Source: Fimicolochytrium jonesii | Taxonomy: Eukaryota | Assembly (NCBI RefSeq): GCF_025526975.1 | Contig: NW_026515673.1 | Span: 372,001 to 436,000 of the forward strand | Direction of reading: 5' to 3' | DNA length: 64,000 bases | Shown here: piece after piece, positions 62,361-64,000 of the stretch | How the letters are laid out: every line of letters starts with the position of its first letter | Position numbering within the stretch: the first letter of the stretch is position 1 | Translations under genes and position numbers: made by a program | The notes under the pieces: model-generated | Seen by the model: the letters and a program-made list of their open reading frames with translations, nothing else | Told to the model about the DNA's origin: nothing | Databases searched by the model: none

Positions 62361-63935
62361 CGCACAACGCAGGTCTTCTTTCGTCCGCCCCCATGTGTAT
62401 CTTCGTTCTGATCTCCAGGCCGGGTTTTGTCAGTAACTCCATACTTCGTGTGCTCCTTCTCCCAATCTCCCCTGTGTCAAAAACGTGGGTGGACCACTGG
62501 CGTCCTGCAACATCCTGGATTTTGGGAGGTTCCGGAAAGATGAGTTCCGAACCGTTCGACTTGTCGTAGTCTTCGACTCGGATGTACGGAAGGGCCCCCT
62601 GCTTTGCTAGGATGCAGCGATGGAAGTTGAGATGCCTAGTACACCGCGACACATCTCGAACTGGTCTCACCCAGTGCTTGTCCCCTCCAGGCGCTGGCTT
62701 GGAGCAAAGCCTGCATCCACTCCATCTTGAGCTTCTCGTTCTCCACAATGAACATGAAAGACAATCCTGCCGACATTGGAACGCTTTCCGATCCCCTGGT
62801 GGTCGTGATGGAGCTTCGGGGTTTCCGCTCGCTCAACTCGATTGGCAGGTAGAGTTGAAACACAATGCTATTTTGGGACATCACCCGGAATGGCCTCGGC
62901 TCGATAGTGCACTCCGCGAGATCGAGGATGACGGTAGCATACTTCGCATTTGGTCGCTTGAGGACATAGAGCTGGTCGTCCTGCAGATGAAAAGGCAAAT
63001 ACAATACTGAGATGGCCATCCTCTATATCTACTTCGACCGGAGACTTCACTCACCTTGATGCAGAGCCAGCGGCGCTTGGGTTTCCCTACTCTCCCTCGT
63101 CCTCGGAACTCCCAATCTCGAGAGCATATCGTGACGTAGCCTGCGAAGGCTTGTCCAGCTTTCACATTGGCCGAAACTGGGTATCTTACTTTCCGCTTGA
63201 GCTACAAATCACGACGATGGGCACGATGTCAGAATGGGAAGAGCTATACAAATAGAACCCACGGAAGGCATCAATGCCGTACGCGTAAAAGGAGATCAGA
63301 GTACTCACCCCGGCCCACTTTGTTTTTGGCAGCAAGCCGTTGGGCAGGCTCTCATCTGACGTCTGCTCATCCTTTCGTAACTCCAGATGGCTTTCTCTCC
63401 CTTGATGTCGAAGGAGAATCCCTGCGCTGGAGATACTCGCAGCTGATGTGCAGGGAAAGAGTGGCAGTAGAGGGCCATCTGGTAAGTTGCTGTAGTCCGC
63501 CGGGAGCCTGAAGAAGCTGGTCGTGCTTTTGGCCTCCGGTGGCGCATCGAGCCTACTACATCTAGATCTGCCACTTGCGGTGGAGTCGATGGACGTCCAA
63601 CTTGCCGTGCGTCCTCCAACGGGCGCTGAAGTCGGGCGTTTCACCCCAACCCCCTCATCGGTCGGTTCCGTCCACTTTTTCGAGAGTGGATTCCGTCCCT
63701 TTCCTGCACTTTGCGGCCGGGTGCGCTGATCGATATCTGCATTTACGGCCATTGGGTTTGCGTGATATGAGGCGCTCGCGGCAGAGTCTTGCCGGAAAGT
63801 GCTTGAGACGCTGCTTGACGCGCTGCTTTCGGCATTGATGGAGCTCTGAGCCGATGCTGCAACGAACGGCATCTTTTCGTGGTGTTGATCGTGCCTACGT
63901 GTGGAAAACGCTTTCATGGGGAAGTGCAGGTTCAT
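62245..63935 (-). CDS. PH-domain protein, at least 4 exons, possibly 5'-partial
   Basis: FAGYVTI..KPKRRWLCIK|DDQLYVLK..VILDLAECTI..FMFIVENEKLKMEWMQALL. The ATG at 63935 is preceded by a possible acceptor (ttctag). Confidence 0.75.
62275..62363. repeat. Dispersed direct repeat, copy B (partner at 58539-58616)
   Basis: Same alignment as copy A. Overlaps the last codons of the predicted PH-domain gene. Confidence 0.9.
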
Positions 63936-64000
63936 CTAGAATACATATGCTCGCTCTTCCGAGGCTTTTTCTTGTGAGCGAGCCCTTGAATCGCAGCATG

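Overview
This is gene-dense, intron-rich eukaryotic DNA with short GT-AG introns (gtaagt/gtacgt/gtatgt donors, ctaac/ctgac branch points). The gene content points to an early-diverging fungus, probably a chytrid (inference): CHO1-type phosphatidylserine synthase, MGR2, RCY1, GYP7 and an Sst2/FlbA-type RGS sit beside animal-like CHERP, a GAP1-type RasGAP and a REJ/GPS protein. About 23 protein genes can be reconstructed by hand, mostly in head-to-head pairs. No rRNA, tRNA, CRISPR array or intact transposon was recognised. Highlights: (1) a 2194-aa polycystin-1-like mucin/REJ/GPS single-pass surface protein with a degenerate autoproteolysis site and three Kex2/furin-type sites; (2) a C2-C2(C1)-RasGAP-4xLIM protein; (3) a class I phosphodiesterase with an adenylyl-cyclase-type membrane module; (4) two genes that no ORF in the track captures whole, a 7-exon MGR2/ROMO1 with two 10-nt microexons and a 68-aa BRAWNIN/UQCC6-like microprotein; (5) a rearranged zone around CHO1 with a 64-bp inverted repeat and a ~80-bp direct repeat. 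All family calls come from motif recognition by eye; no database searches were run.
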